From: Lama guanicoe
Lineage: Eukaryota
Length of the DNA: 64,000 bases
Direction of reading: 5' to 3'
Assembly: GCA_013239625.1 (NCBI GenBank)
Contig: MU055522.1
Location: forward strand, 1,116,001 to 1,180,000
A program made the position numbers and the translations under genes. Below the pieces are notes generated by a model that saw only the letters and a program-made list of their open reading frames with translations, did not search any database and was not told where the DNA came from. Below, one piece after another: positions 1 through 13,860 of the stretch. Numbering within the stretch: position 1 is the first letter of the stretch; every line of letters starts with the position of its first letter.

Positions 1-1144
1 GCATTCACCTGTCCTGACTCATTTCAACTCCTGCCTCTTCTGAATCTCACTTGCCAACCCCAACCTTCAGTGAGTCTTGGGTCGAAGCATAAACTTTGTC
101 CCTTTTATGCTGATATCACCTACCTCTTCCTGTTGTCACTGCTTAGATGGAAACAATGAGGGTTCACCTTACAACCCCGATCTGAGGCTCCCATGACTTG
201 TGACTTGAAATTACAAGAGCGTTCTACCCAGCACCCCTTTGAAGAGTCCTACTGAGGGAAGAACGACAGAGTCATTTCCCAATTTTTTCATGTGGGAGAA
301 CCGTTTCATGGAACCCATGGAGCTCTGCGTTATTGCTAAAGCTAGTAGTGAACTGAAGGAAAACAAGCTACTGAATGAAGCTGGGTTTTGAAAAGCTGTT
401 TAGAGAGGAAGCTTCTTGGCAACAGCCTTTTAATTCCTTGACAACGCACAACTCCAACAGGAAAAGCTAGACTTCCCCTTAATCTTAATCTCAGTCTCAG
501 CCACCTTTCAGGGACCCTAGTCCCCTTGGTTGCAGTTTATCACTACAGAACTTTGGGTCTTTTTCCCTTCTGTGCCACTGCTTCACTGTGCTGCCTAAAG
601 CTTAGCGCCCAGAAAATTTTGGCAGATCTTCCAATGATGTCTCTATGAAATAAATAAGCATTCATTGGAACGGGCTGTCCGTGGCTAGCGTCATTCCCCT
701 GGTGTAAAGAGACAATGTTAGTTTCCAAATTTTTGATGAGCACGTATTTTGTGAACTGTTTATTTTGTGTTTTTCACCATTGTCTAAAAACTAAAATCCA
801 GAAAGCTCTCTCCTCTGTGTATCTAGCAATACACATACTGACAAATGTCTACCACCCAAAACAAACCAGGGACTCAACAGTCCTCGTAAGGGAACTGGGA
901 AAAGAGTAACGTGGTAGGAATCACCGTCCTGGAGTGTATCTTTGTCATGGTGGAGGAATGGAGTCCCCTCCCTTCCTGTCCCCAGGAAGGGGCCGTTGAC
1001 TTCGAACTGTGGGGGAAACTAACACTATTTGTTCTAAAACTTAACTGTGTCATTTGAAAGCCCATTTAAGTCCCTAGTACATACTGGAAAAGTCTGGAAA
1101 TAATCATGCCATTGAGCCAGCATTAGACAGTAAATATTCACCCC

Positions 1145-1215
1145 AAGGAGAGAAAAGAGGAGGGAGAGGAAAAGAGGGGGAGGGAAGGGGGAGGGGAGGG
1201 GAGGGGAAAGGAAAA
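1145..1215. repeat. Polypurine (GA/G-run) low-complexity tract
   Basis: 71 consecutive purines, including repeated GGGGA units. Confidence 0.9.
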
Positions 1216-1659
1216 CTCTCAAGTCACAGCACGATTGGCCATTCTGCACAGAGAGGAGCTTCCCCAGTTTATACCAGAATTGACACTGTATCATAAAATA
1301 CTGGATGCTTATGAAATAGTATATATCACAGCATCAAGTCAGTGAAATAAATAATCCATTTAGGAACATGACCATCAACCTTCTTATATCGGTTTGCCAC
1401 TTCGGGGGAGATCACTTAGCTGTAACGTTTTCGAATGAAGAAAATTGAATGTTTGATGATATTGCGTAAGTGAGACCTCATTTACTATCACCATTATCCC
1501 TTCAAATGATACTATTACTTTCTTCCAGATCAGGTCACTCTTTAGAACTATCATCCATGCTGCTCTGGTAGAGAGTGGTAAGGGACAGTGTTTGAAATCT
1601 CCACCTTTTAACAAATATTAATATCTGTAATGGAAATGTGCATATAATGTTTAGTTTGC

Positions 1660-1805
1660 ACTGCTCAAAGCACTTTTCTTATATTAACTCACTTAACCTT
1701 TGCAGTTAGACATTAGGTCCTTTCATTTGCCCTATTTTAAAAATGAGAAAATAACAGAAAATAGCACGCAGAAGGATTGAGTTACTTGCCCAAAGTCACA
1801 CAGCT
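1660..1805 (-). mobile_element. MIR SINE fragment
   Basis: aatgagaaaa...gagttacttgcccaaagtcacacagct is the reverse complement of the MIR core. Confidence 0.7.
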
Positions 1806-2722
1806 GACCATCTAATAGAGTTTCCTGAAATATCTGAAATTCTCTAATTGTCAATAGAAATTCAATACCAGAGCTTTTGTTTTAAACCTTATGGGAATTT
1901 AAATCTAAATGTCTATAACCTGTGGCTTAGTTGGCGACTGCCTCTTGAACTGTGTTAAATATGTGTTTCTGTTTCCTCGGGAGACATAAATTGCTCTCCT
2001 TGTGTATCTGTTTATGCTCATGTTGGCATTTGCTTACGTTTATGTTGGTATTTATTTATGTCTGTTGTGTCATTTAAGGGAGAGTGGTAAAAAAGTAACA
2101 CCTATCAGAAAAGAACAGCACACCGGGACCTATTAAACAATTTTGCAGGTAACTGTTGAGCACCTACTGGGTACTGCCTTTGAATTCCTTCTATCGTAGG
2201 GTGGAGCCGAGGTCACTGCAAACTTACATTGAGCCTCCATTCCGATACAATGCCTGTATCTATGTTAATTTGTAGAATAATCTTAATTTACCAGAATTAC
2301 ACATGCAAGTGTCTCTTATTTGAGGAACATTGGTCCCGTAGGTTTAAAAGAAGTGCCAGGATGCATTTCCAAGCTCTGGAGATCAAACAGACTTAGAAAC
2401 GACCAGCATCTTGCTAAAATTCCCTTTATTAACATGTCATCTGTGCCCAATAAGTTTACTTGTCGTTGAACAAACAAAAAGAGTCTTTGTTTCAGGAGTA
2501 AGCACATTCATTAGTTTGCCAAAGCCTGTATCCAATGTGTTATTCCAACAACTGGTGGGATGAGACTTCATTCAGAAGCAAGAATGAGATATTTCAGAGC
2601 TCAGCTTCATAAACTGCTCTCTCCCGTTGAGCAAATATACTGTTGCCAAGTGAATGGATATTCTCTGCCGGAGCTGTACAGAAAACAGCTCGCAGGAGCT
2701 AGCAGCGAGACCTGTGTGCGTG

Positions 2723-2920
2723 CACACCCCCCCCCAAACACACACACACACACCCACACACCCAAACACACACACACATACACACAGCCCACCCACACAC
2801 ACACAGACACACACACACACCCCCAAACACACACACGCCCAAACACACACACGCCCCCCAAACACACACACCCCCCCAAACACACACACGCCCCCCAAAC
2901 ACACACACACACACACATAC
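2723..2920. repeat. Compound (CA)n microsatellite/minisatellite with CnAAA(CA)m units
   Basis: About 200 bp of CA repeats punctuated by seven CCC+AAACA units. Confidence 0.95.
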
Positions 2921-5900
2921 GTATTTATGATATTTGCACAGTTTGGAGAATTTGCCATTGTTTACAACATGTTTAAAGCCCTTTTAATACAGCGTTGTCT
3001 ATGTAGTGATGAAATTGTGTTCTTTCTTCAAAACAATGTCTACTTAAAAAGATTTTTTTAAATGGAAAAAAAACCCAGTTCACTTTAAGTAATAGAAATC
3101 TTGGGTGTACCAGGACTGCCTGATGGAAGTTCACTTTGCAGCAGACTCTGCTGCAAATTATTGTACTAAGAAGTAGCTTGAACTATTTAAACTATTTTTA
3201 GAATGACAAATACATAAATTTGTGAAATATACATAAATATACATATAGATATACACATATATAAATATAAATATTTGAACTATTCATATTTAACTATTTC
3301 ATCAAGAATACCTATCACTGAAGTTCTATGTCTAGAATTAGAAGCTCTCATTTATAAATTAAATTTTTTATAGATTGTAATAGTCTAATTTATAGCTTAC
3401 AGATTAAATACTGCTTCTAGTTTTTAACAGACAGATGTATAAGAGTTTTAAAAACACTTTGACAAATATGCTTCTGATACTCGACTTTTAAATAACTATA
3501 AAAAAAAGAGGCTGCTACTGCTCTTAGGTCAGGCCAGCTGGGCAGAGAGCGAAATGTAATGAACAATCAATCGGTGATCATCCTGCGGATTTAAGCTGTG
3601 GAACTGGGTGGTCAAAGTAATTCAAACCCTAGTCACCGGCATTTTCCTCAACCAACTGGCTCATTGAAAGAGGATTTCCGATGGGCAGAAAAAGATAAAA
3701 CAGTGGGTCTCAGCTTCAGGAGAGGACGGATGGGAAAGCCTGGGTTAGGAAGCCTACGCACGGCGTTTCTTCTCCTGGCTGTGCAAAGAAACCAAGTAAA
3801 CACCCAGCCTGTAGCTGTGAGCAACACTCTGCCTCCGGGAGAAACAACAGTAAACATGGGCGTGGGCTGCAAGAGATTTCAGGAATACCTTGTTCAAACC
3901 AGTCTGTTCAGTAGCTGCCGATGATCGAAACATGCTTGGTGACTCCCATGTAAACAATGCTCTGATCCAGAGAGAAAAAGATACCTATTGCTGATTTACC
4001 AAGTTATTAGGCCTTCTTGGTTCCGTTGTCTGAGATTCAACCTTCTAGCTGCATTTATAAAGGACAGCGGCGAGGACAGGCCACCAGACGGGGCAGCTTG
4101 GCTGTGGAGGCCCCAGGGCAGGAGGGAGATGGGTCACCAGTGACGTGTGACGCAGTCTGTCAGCTCCCTCCTTTAAGCTTCCATTGTCCGTAATACATCT
4201 ATCGAGTCATTCAACAAGTGCGGCTTGGTACCTTCTACAGATAGGGGACAGTATCAGAATACAGCCTCTCAGGACTGGAAGGCACGCTCTTGCCCGAGCA
4301 CCCAGCTAAGACCTGAAGCTCTTCCATCAAACCCTGCGAAAGCCTCACCCCGCCCCCCACCACCAGAGTTCACATTCATGGCTAGGATGTATGACTCTTT
4401 GACAAACACTGCTGCTGAACCACATTTTTCCTTTGTCATATTTATGCAGTAGATTTTGTTTGCTTGTGTAAAATTAAGTGCTGTCTCTTACATCTATCCC
4501 CATTAAGAACCAAAGTTAAAAAAAAAACTCGTTCCATTGTTTCAGCTCATTAAGAGCTTCTTGGAGCCAGGGTATTCATCACCCTTCCCAAAGCTGGGTT
4601 GTCTGTACATACAACAAGTAGGTCTGCCATAATTTCGCCCAACTTGCCATAGAAATGTTGACCAAGACAGAATTACACCAGCTTGCCGGCCAGGCTGAAC
4701 CTCTGATATCAGCGTCTGGATTCGGGGCCGCCAGTTGCACCACCAGCCTTTTCTCTGCGTGCTGTTTCAGTCATCTACTCATCGCCGATCACGTTGTAAA
4801 ATAAAGGGCTGTACGTCCCCACCAATTAAATGGCAGTAAAGAAGCGTTTCCATTAGTCCCCCAAACAGTCATCAGGTATAAATGCAGAGTAATCATGTTT
4901 GCTGGTCTACCAAGGAGCCCAGTCCACACCTGGGACTCGGATTCACTCTCAAACATCTTGGTATGGACGTCAAACTATATGTTTACGGCCCCAAGTTATG
5001 GGCAATGGGGACAATGCTCCAAATTTCTACACCTATCCCCCTACTCAGGAAATTCCTCAGTCACCTCCTGAGCAGGTGTAGGGAAGCAGTTCTCTCTCTT
5101 TCCTGTAATAATTCGGGCTGATTCTCAGACACCTTTGCCGATGCAGAACAATACACATTTGGGGACCAGGATGAGTCATCACTTGATTCCTAGCTGCTAA
5201 CAGGGTGCCTGGCACTTGCAGGCACCCAGTGCATACTTTCTGAGGGAAAACTGAGTTCATATTTCTATTAATCATTGACCTACTCTGTCCAGTGAGGTTC
5301 TGTGACTACGAACATGTGCGGTGAGGCTGGACGGGACGTGTGGATGTAAACTGTGAATTCTTGCTTTTTGGGGTGTTACTTGTCTCTTGAGGCATCCTAT
5401 TTTGAGGGGTTTCTTTGCTCTGCTCTTCCCTGCCTTCAGCCTGCCAGCTCAGCCTTCCGGGTGAGAAACAGCTTCTTACCTCCTAGCACGAGGTTCTTTA
5501 GATTTTCGTTGACAGCCTCTCGCAAAGACCCGGGCACCCGCTACTGATCAGAAACGCGGCTCCTGCCCCTCGTGGCCACTCCGGCCACGTCAACAGCCAA
5601 AGCACCTGGGTTCAATGTTGGAATCCACGACGTGGGATTTTGGTCACAGAGCCTGGCCCTTTGTCTCTATTTACTCGTATTTGTCTGTTCAAATTTGTAT
5701 AATCATCTAGCATCCTATTTTGTTTGTCTCCCGTGACATTAATACAAAATAGTCTGTACTAAAGGGAAAAAAAGCAAAAACTTGATCCATTCTAACGTTG
5801 ATGGAAAGTCCTATCTTGGGTCTCTTTAGTGATGGTCTGTGCTCAGAGGCAGTACTCAAATTCCTAGCTCATGCCTTTCAAGACATTTAGATTAATTTAA

Positions 5901-6062
5901 TTAAAAACTCATTGTTGATTCCCTACTGCGTGTATCACGTCTCTCTCCCTCTACTTTCTGAACCATAGGAAAAAGGAAATATCCAAATGGTACAGCATTT
6001 TTTGCTAAAAGGGAAAGAGTTCTGAGATGAAATCTTTGTGCATCGGCTAGCAGATGCCAGGA

Positions 6063-6242
6063 NNNNNNNNNNNNNNNNNNNNNNNNNNNNNNNNNNNNNN
6101 NNNNNNNNNNNNNNNNNNNNNNNNNNNNNNNNNNNNNNNNNNNNNNNNNNNNNNNNNNNNNNNNNNNNNNNNNNNNNNNNNNNNNNNNNNNNNNNNNNNN
6201 NNNNNNNNNNNNNNNNNNNNNNNNNNNNNNNNNNNNNNNNNN
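6063..6242. other. Assembly gap (180 N)
   Basis: Run of N. Confidence 1.
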
Positions 6243-8129
6243 AAGTACACTAGTGGCTTATTGTTAAAAGCAGTTCTTAAGTAAAAATGAGCAGCAGGTC
6301 AAAGTGACCTTCTATTCAAGCCCATAGAGAACACTGAATAATACACTGCAGTCAAAAGGCATGCGTGCGTGGAGATAGCGGGGCATGGGAAGAGTTTTAA
6401 TGATCCAAAGCACTTCATCGTGTCGAGATAGAACAACAGTTGAACGTTCTCCATGAAAGCTGTAATGGTTATGTCTTAAGTTACAAGATGCAGGCTCTAA
6501 AAATCACTTATATGCAAACCCATTCAATACCTAATATGCATTATGCATATTAAAACATAAAGCATTAAAACTGTGTGATTTTATAAGCTCTGCTTAATTT
6601 CCTGATAGATGATGGTATTTCTTCCTTAGAGGATCATGGAATTTTTAATACTGAATATTAAGTGGATTTTCGAAATGCAACTAATTAGACTAATAAATAT
6701 CAACGTGATACTTGCATTGCTTGCTGGGTGTTTTGCTTGTAAAAATAAAATTACACAATTGCTATGGGAAATCAGTTACAAATTGACACCTCTAGATAAA
6801 AGTTGGAGTTGTCACCTCTTCCTTTTAGCATAGAATTTAGTCTATAGAATCAATGTTACAATTAATGGAACTAAATCTAAAGTAACGTTTACATTTTTCA
6901 CATTCTTGCATTTCATCTCAGTGTTTATCAGCCATCTTTTAACTGCTCATTGAACTACATTGACTGCAGTAGCTCTATGGGAAATCTACAACTAACATAA
7001 GGCTGCTGTTTATATAGAACTGATACGTAACTACTCAAGGAGGGTCTAGTCAAATCTTACATCCTTCTGTGCCACGTGGCCTGGAGGAACTAGTTGGTTC
7101 AAGGGGGAAGAGCAAGCTGTCCTGTCCCCTGACCACTGACCCACAGAACATAGGTTTCAATACTGGGTGCGTGTTAGCACAGTTCTGCCAGCCTTTATCC
7201 CGTATCCCAAGCTTTATCCTGTATCCCTCTCCATTCAGGCTCCTATCTCTACACCAGCACAAGTAGTCCTGTTTTCATTCTTTCAGGATCTCAAATCACA
7301 TTTGTTGATAAAGTGACCCTAAGCTTGCCTTGGTCATTTTTCATTTTTGCATCAATAGAATCATTTTGGATTTATTTTTAAACCGTGGTCAATCCAATAT
7401 GGCTGCACTAGGTTGGCTGGTGCTATATGTTACAGAATAAACATCAGTTATAGAGATTTGACAATTCACTTCCAAAGTGCGATTCACGAACGTAAGCTGT
7501 CCACTACAGCACCCGAGGCGAGCCCACGACACGAACAGCAGTGTGACTGCAATATGCCAATTATACTCCTGAATTTCCTATACAGAGAAAATGTAATAAG
7601 CACACTTCTTTTCCTAACACTCAAGACTTAGAAAAAAAGAATATTGAATCTATAATTTTAATGTGCACAAAATATAGAAAAACTTTTTTTGATCAGAAAG
7701 GAAATTTTGACTAATTCTCAAGAGTCATTTGAATCCACGCACCCCAAATGACAATGATGATATCCTAACCAGGCTGTCACATTACTTTGTCACACTCTTT
7801 TCGAAGAGAGAAAAATAAGTACCTCTCAAATCTTAAACGTATGGAAAGAACATTCAACAGGGTGTATGTCCATTTTAAATTGAAGAATAAAAACCTTACA
7901 AAACAAAAAGAAGCCATTTCCAATTTCCAAGTAGATTTTATGACATGTTACAATATAAATGTATCAGCAGTCACATATGGAAGGAAGTCTACATGAAAGG
8001 GGGCTGCACACTTCTATCAACCACCCTTGATGTTTTTACCATCCTCCTCTTAAGTTAAAATGGTTTGAATAAATTAAAGAACATTGCCAAAAGAGACAAT
8101 ATAATATAGAATTTTAGTTGTTTTTAGCA

Positions 8130-8320
8130 TTTCTGCTCTGTAACTTACTGTGCTCGTCTGCAAATTATGTAACAAACTCTCCATGCTTCAGTTAGCTATC
8201 AATAAAATTAAGATAATAATACTTATTATACCAGGATTTTGTGAGGATTTAATAAAAAATATACTTGAAAAATGCATAGCAGAGCTTCTGGGGCCTGATA
8301 AATGATGGCTAATTACTATT
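8130..8320 (+). mobile_element. MIR SINE, degraded
   Basis: cttcagtt...aagataataatacttatt...ggattttgtgaggatttaa matches the MIR 3' half. Confidence 0.6.
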
Positions 8321-9201
8321 TTTAGGAAAATGAAAATTGAATTTTTAAATGTATATATACATAGTGCTAGCTGATTTCACTTCATTTAAGTTCTTCTAGA
8401 GCTCAAGTGATTACATTATATTTGCAATGCGGTAGAAGAAAGAATACGTTGTTCACTGAGAACAAAACAAATTCAAAAATTAGTACAGACCCTGAATGAA
8501 GAAATTTGCAAAGAGTAAAGGCCTTGGGGCTATTTTTCAGTGCTGCTGACAAATGATGTATAGAACCTAGGGTTGCTAACTTTAAGTGAACTGGAGGCAG
8601 AGCCGGTACGAAAACTGAAGAAATGGTCTTTGGAAAGCATTGCAACAAAATGATTACGAGTGTAGGCTCTTACTATTTTCAAATACGAAAATATACATGT
8701 ATATACATGTATACACACAGATCACTGGGTGATTCAAATCTATATGATGATGGAATAATTTAATATTTCCTTTTTCAGTATCATAAATGGAGGCAAGATC
8801 ATCTTACCCCTTTATTCCCAACATGCAGTTAATTAACTTTTTATGTTGCCCAACACAAGATTTATTACCGCTTTTGAAAACTCTCAAGGATTTGAAAACA
8901 ACGTCATCCAGTATAATTCCAAACTGCACAGAATATTTCTGCTGTATTTTTCTTATTTTACTAATACATTTTGATTTGTTGAGTATTTATTTTCAGTGAC
9001 ATTGAGTTTCTTAGAAAAAAATATTATGCATGGACATGGACACAATTGTTACATAATGAACACATATTTTCATGTAACTTTTTCACTTAAAATTTCGCCA
9101 TCAATTTCATTAAAAGGCACTGAAGTTACCAGAGCTTCTATAAGCAACCGACTGACAGATAATGGCTTCATCACTTTTTCTGTGTTCCTTTTCTCTCTTT
9201 T

Positions 9202-9338
9202 NNNNNNNNNNNNNNNNNNNNNNNNNNNNNNNNNNNNNNNNNNNNNNNNNNNNNNNNNNNNNNNNNNNNNNNNNNNNNNNNNNNNNNNNNNNNNNNNNNN
9301 NNNNNNNNNNNNNNNNNNNNNNNNNNNNNNNNNNNNNN
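9202..9338. other. Assembly gap (137 N)
   Basis: Run of N following a T-rich tract. Confidence 1.
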
Positions 9339-10299
9339 CTCTTAAATGTGTCTAAAATTAGAGAAATCCAAACTAAATTCAGAACAGCCTTCTCACAGCA
9401 ACTGTAGTCAATGACCACAGCTGGTGACTTCGGAGGGTGAAATAAGTCTCCGAAGCATCTCTGGTTCCACCACAGAGGCCAGTCCTGAAAACGGGCAGCT
9501 GGGAGCCGAGAGGGGCATCAGCACACCCATCGGCTCCAGTAACTGACACCCGTCAATGTCTTTAAGCATCACCCTACCAGGGACAAAAAAGACCTGGTTA
9601 CACACACCTATTTTTTCCCCTAGCTTCTCTGAAGTACGAAGACCACAAATTCATTCTCTAGGAAAGATCTCATCATTTTTCTAGGGGGGATCTTCTTGGG
9701 GGGGCCAGTATTGTTTAACTCACTTGTCTCCTGGAGTTCTGATGGGCAAATTTACAGGCTATGTGAATGAATTCCCTTGTGGGCCTGCACAGCATGACTA
9801 TGGCTCTGAGAACAGCCAAGTGCTTCTACTGTCCAAAACATCGAAGCGGTGGAGGATTCTGGAAGGCACTCGTTTGGCAATATTGTTCTGACTCTCAGGT
9901 TTCTGCAGCACCTTCCAAATATCTAGTTGAAAAAAGTGACGCTGTGTTTCCAAATACCTTTCAGTTGATAAACCCATTTTGCAAATTTCTATAAATAGAA
10001 ACATAGGCCATGCTTCTTAAAAGATAAACTTCAATACAGCATGTGTCCTGGGAAATTTTTGCAGACCAGTGATAGGATATAATAGGTCGATGTATTTTTA
10101 AATTGGTCAGATAATCATGTAATATCCAGAGCAGGCTGTTTCATCGTCACTGAGACTCAGAGCTGTGCTAAAAGTTCACACCCGGTGGGTCGTGGTTTAT
10201 GTGCCGGAAGTTACAGGAAGTTATGGATCCCATTGAGGATGACACAGCTCTCGCTCCATGAGGCTGTACAGCAGGAGAGAAGGGGGACTCACAGTCCAA

Positions 10300-10495
10300 A
10301 GGACACTGAGAATCAGAAAATCTGACTTCTAGCATCTGGGATTTGCAGTGTGCAACTCTGAGTCAACTGCATTTTAGGACTTCAGTTCTCCATCTGTTAA
10401 ACAGACATAATAAATCCTGTTCTACCAAACTTACAGCCCTGTTGTACAAACTAAAGGAGACATTTGATGTGAAACCATGCTGAAAATTACAAATA
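10300..10495 (+). mobile_element. MIR-family SINE (MIRc/MIR3-like)
   Basis: cttcagttctccatctgttaaacag...ctgttgt...tgatgtgaaa resembles the MIR core and tail. Confidence 0.55.
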
Positions 10496-11694
10496 ATCAT
10501 AGAAACACTGTTTAGGATAATTCACTCATGCTTGCAAATTTAAGGCACTCGTGAATTTGGCAAACTTCTGTGAAGAACCTGTCATATCCGGGGCTGCGTG
10601 TAGACGGTTGGCTGGGTCTCTCGTTAGATGGTTCCAAGTTCAGAACCTCTTTCAGTGAACCCCAAATCTGCGCAGAGGCCATTTGTCAGGGTTGAAAAGC
10701 GTGCATTTTAAATATTTCCTCAAGACTGCCACCCAACAGGAAAGTTCCACATACACATTTCTCATGTTATTTAATAACGTTCTGCTATAGAAAAATAAAT
10801 ACATCAATGGAATGGATGATACCCATAAGTTTGCTGGGCAGTGAGTGAGTAGAAAAATGGATATTAAACACAGGCAGAAAGGAATGGGGGGAGGGAGTCA
10901 AGAGATACCTGATGCTCTTGAGGCACTAAATAAAATAAGTCATCAGAGCACTAAATATTCGAAACACTCTAAACACGGATGAGGCATGACGCACCAAATA
11001 TATACAAAAGCTTAAATGCTCAGGACACACTGAATATACATGAGCACTTAGAACTGCTGAGGTCTTGACTCAGACACCCTTTGGTGACACTCATTCGATC
11101 CCCCGAGTCTTCTGCCCCAGAAATTACCATAAATTCCATGGCTTTTCAGGAGGTTGGTTGTCAATCCACAGTCACTGTCCAGGCTTACTTGTCCCTCTGT
11201 CTGTCCAAGAGAACAAGTGAGTGCCACTGACCTGGGCATCTCATTCCAACCTCAGTCCCCTCATCTGCAGGAAAGAAGGAGGCGGAGAGAGAGCAGGAGC
11301 ACGTGGACACTGCATGCCCCAGCATGGTCCTTCCACCCTGTTTCCAATCTGTCCAGTTAATGGGCCCCATCTCTTTCCCCTTGCTTCTAGCTTTATATTT
11401 TAAACTGATGAATAGGTCATAGTCCATGAACATTTAAAGTTGTTCTATGAGGTTTTCTGTTCTGTGACCCCCCCGAATCGATTTTCTGGGATTGTATGTA
11501 GAGGCTACCAATGCATAGAGGTCATCTCCCACATGACACCTCTCTTGGAAAGTATCTGCAGCTTGACTCTTCAGAGGAACCCTAATGATCAGACTCCCGG
11601 TCACACACCCGCTGTCCAGCTGCTGCTGTCATGTCCCCCGGTGCCGCGTCTTAGTTGACCGCATCTCTTAAACCCATCACTTGGCTGCTGACAC

Positions 11695-11890
11695 TAGCAC
11701 CTTACGTCAACGAGCTCTGCTTCAAGCTCTTTATATCTAGAATTTAATTGAATCCTCACGAAAATCCTACGAGGTTGATGGCATCATTATGCTCCTCACT
11801 GTTTCAGATGAGGGAGCTGAGAGTCAGAAAGATGAAGTCAGTTGCCCAGGGTCCCACAGCGAGCAGCCGGTGGAGCCGAAATCCAGTCAG
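11695..11890 (-). mobile_element. MIR SINE
   Basis: aatcctcac...cagatgagggagctgagagtcagaaagatgaagtcagttgcccagggtcccacagc. Confidence 0.75.
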
Positions 11891-13374
11891 AAGCATCTCG
11901 CCCCAGTTCCTTGCATTAACCGTCTTGCTGAGAGCTGGCCACAGCCTGCATGCCTGCGCTTTGGAGTTCACAGTCTTTTAATGCACGCTGCCCCCTTGAA
12001 CTTGTCAATGGAGTTCCCATTTTTGGATTCCCCGCTTCTCAGCATCTATTGGGTGATAGTGTGAAAAACGTGGAGATTAGTCCAAAGAAGAGGGTCAAGG
12101 GAGTTGAGATGCCTGCCCCCAGGTCTGGAGTGTGGCTTTACGCTAAGTTCTGAGTGACTCGGAGCAGCGAAGCCCCGAGGAAGGTGAGGGTGGCTGCAGG
12201 CTCCCCTTGGTGAGCCACCCTTCTCCCTGCCGTCCTTCACGACGCGGGGAAGCCTCGGAGTTCGGACGGACAGAAGCTCCACTGTAATATGCAAGCGACG
12301 CAAGAAGCTGCAGAAGAAACCGCTAATGCTTTTCTGCTCTTTCTAATCCGGCTCCACGAGGCTCTTCCTGGCACTCGGGAGAGCCGATCACGTGTAACCC
12401 ACACCTTGCCTTACAAAGAAGCAATGGCTCTATTTTAGAGATGAGGAAATGGAGGCTGAGAAATGCACTGAAACAGCCCCGGATTGTAAAGCCAATAAAT
12501 CGTAAATGTTGATTACGAACTGGGGTCTCAGCGACGGCAGAGCATGTGTTCCTCTCCCAGTGTTTCGTCACTGGGAAGCCTGCACCGATGAGAAGTGCAG
12601 AGGGCCGCCTCGCCACACTGCCCTTTCACCCCATTTGCTGAGACTCTCCCTGACAGTGATTCATTCCTGCCTCAGCCCTGCTTCTGGAGGGCTGGGCTGG
12701 ATCGGGCTGCCACCCGGGCGGTGCAGAGACCAGCAAAATCAAGCACCGGAACCACGGCTACGGCGTGGGGCTTGAAGGTCCCTGTTCTCTGAGACGGGTC
12801 AAGTTCTGTAAGTTGTAAAATGCTCTCTGCTCACCTCCAACCCCAGCCACCATCCCTGATTTTTCTGGCTGGATCAGTCTGTCCCGCAGTCAGTGATCAA
12901 AACTATCTCCCGGGCCATAGGTGGCCCACATTTTCAGACATTCCAGAAACGTACTGTTTGATTTGTACATTCCCACACCTGGCAGATCACTCAGACAGTG
13001 CTGACCTGCAGAGCAATTCGCCCCGCGTGTCATCTGCCACCTGTGCTCACCTTTGTAAAGAGACAAGAGCATTCAGAAGAGGCCACCCCGTCGGGAATTT
13101 GTTCCTGATTTATAGAGTCCTCACCATTAGTGGGGACAAGGGGCACTGATACGCTCTTAAAACAGGGGCAAATTATGCTTGTTTGCAATTCTAATTTATC
13201 AAAGTCATTATCACGTTCTAATTCTAGATACCAGAGGGTTGTTTCTGTGGATTGTAAAACAAGTAACTGCCTACAATATTAGTAAATATTTCATACTAAA
13301 ATCGTACGATTCTTGTAACTTGTAAATTTCTTTAACAAACCCCTTGATGGAATCCATCAAATTAAAATCTAGAT

Positions 13375-13699
13375 CAGTGGGCTCTAAAGTGTAGGAGAGG
13401 GACCCCAGGGGACTTGGAAGTTATTGCAAGAACTCCAAGAATCCATATAGATTTTTAAAAATACGAAGAGGCTTTGCACATATATGTCCTGTACTTTCAA
13501 GTTTCTGCCTATCAAAATGCAAATTTTCATTGAACAAAATGCAAATCCTCATACAACTGATAGTGAATTCATAGTATTTCTAATTCTTAACCATTTATTG
13601 AATCGACTGAGTCTAACAGCACACTTCACGTTACAGGCAAAATTCCAGCAGAAGGGGACTACAAAGGCGTTCTGTGTTCTACGGGTCTGGGAAGCACTG
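13375..13699. mobile_element. hAT-Charlie-type non-autonomous DNA transposon remnant (MER5-like termini)
   Basis: Begins CAGTGGGCTCTAAAGTGT and ends GGGAAGCACTG (degenerate TIRs). The left flank ATCTAGAT fits the nTCTAGAn Charlie target; the right flank is ATCCAAGT. Confidence 0.5.
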
Positions 13700-13827
13700 A
13701 TCCAAGTGGATTATCTGTTTCTGGAATCGTATCCCTTTGCGTTATCAACAGCAAACCTTTGAAACAAATTGTAAGATTTCTTCATAGACACAAGTGATCT
13801 ACATCCGACTCAGCCTGGCAGCTCTTG

Positions 13828-13860
13828 GTTTTTTTCTTTCTTTCTTTCTTTCTTTCTTTT
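13828..13860. repeat. (TTTC)n microsatellite
   Basis: Direct reading. Confidence 0.9.

Noticed and set aside
2560-3061. Overlapping 71-138 aa ORFs rich in HT/CV
   Set aside because: These are translations of the CA/TG repeat, which has no stop codons
13344-13360. Palindrome TTGATGGA-A-TCCATCAA
   Set aside because: An 8-bp-arm palindrome is expected by chance at this window size
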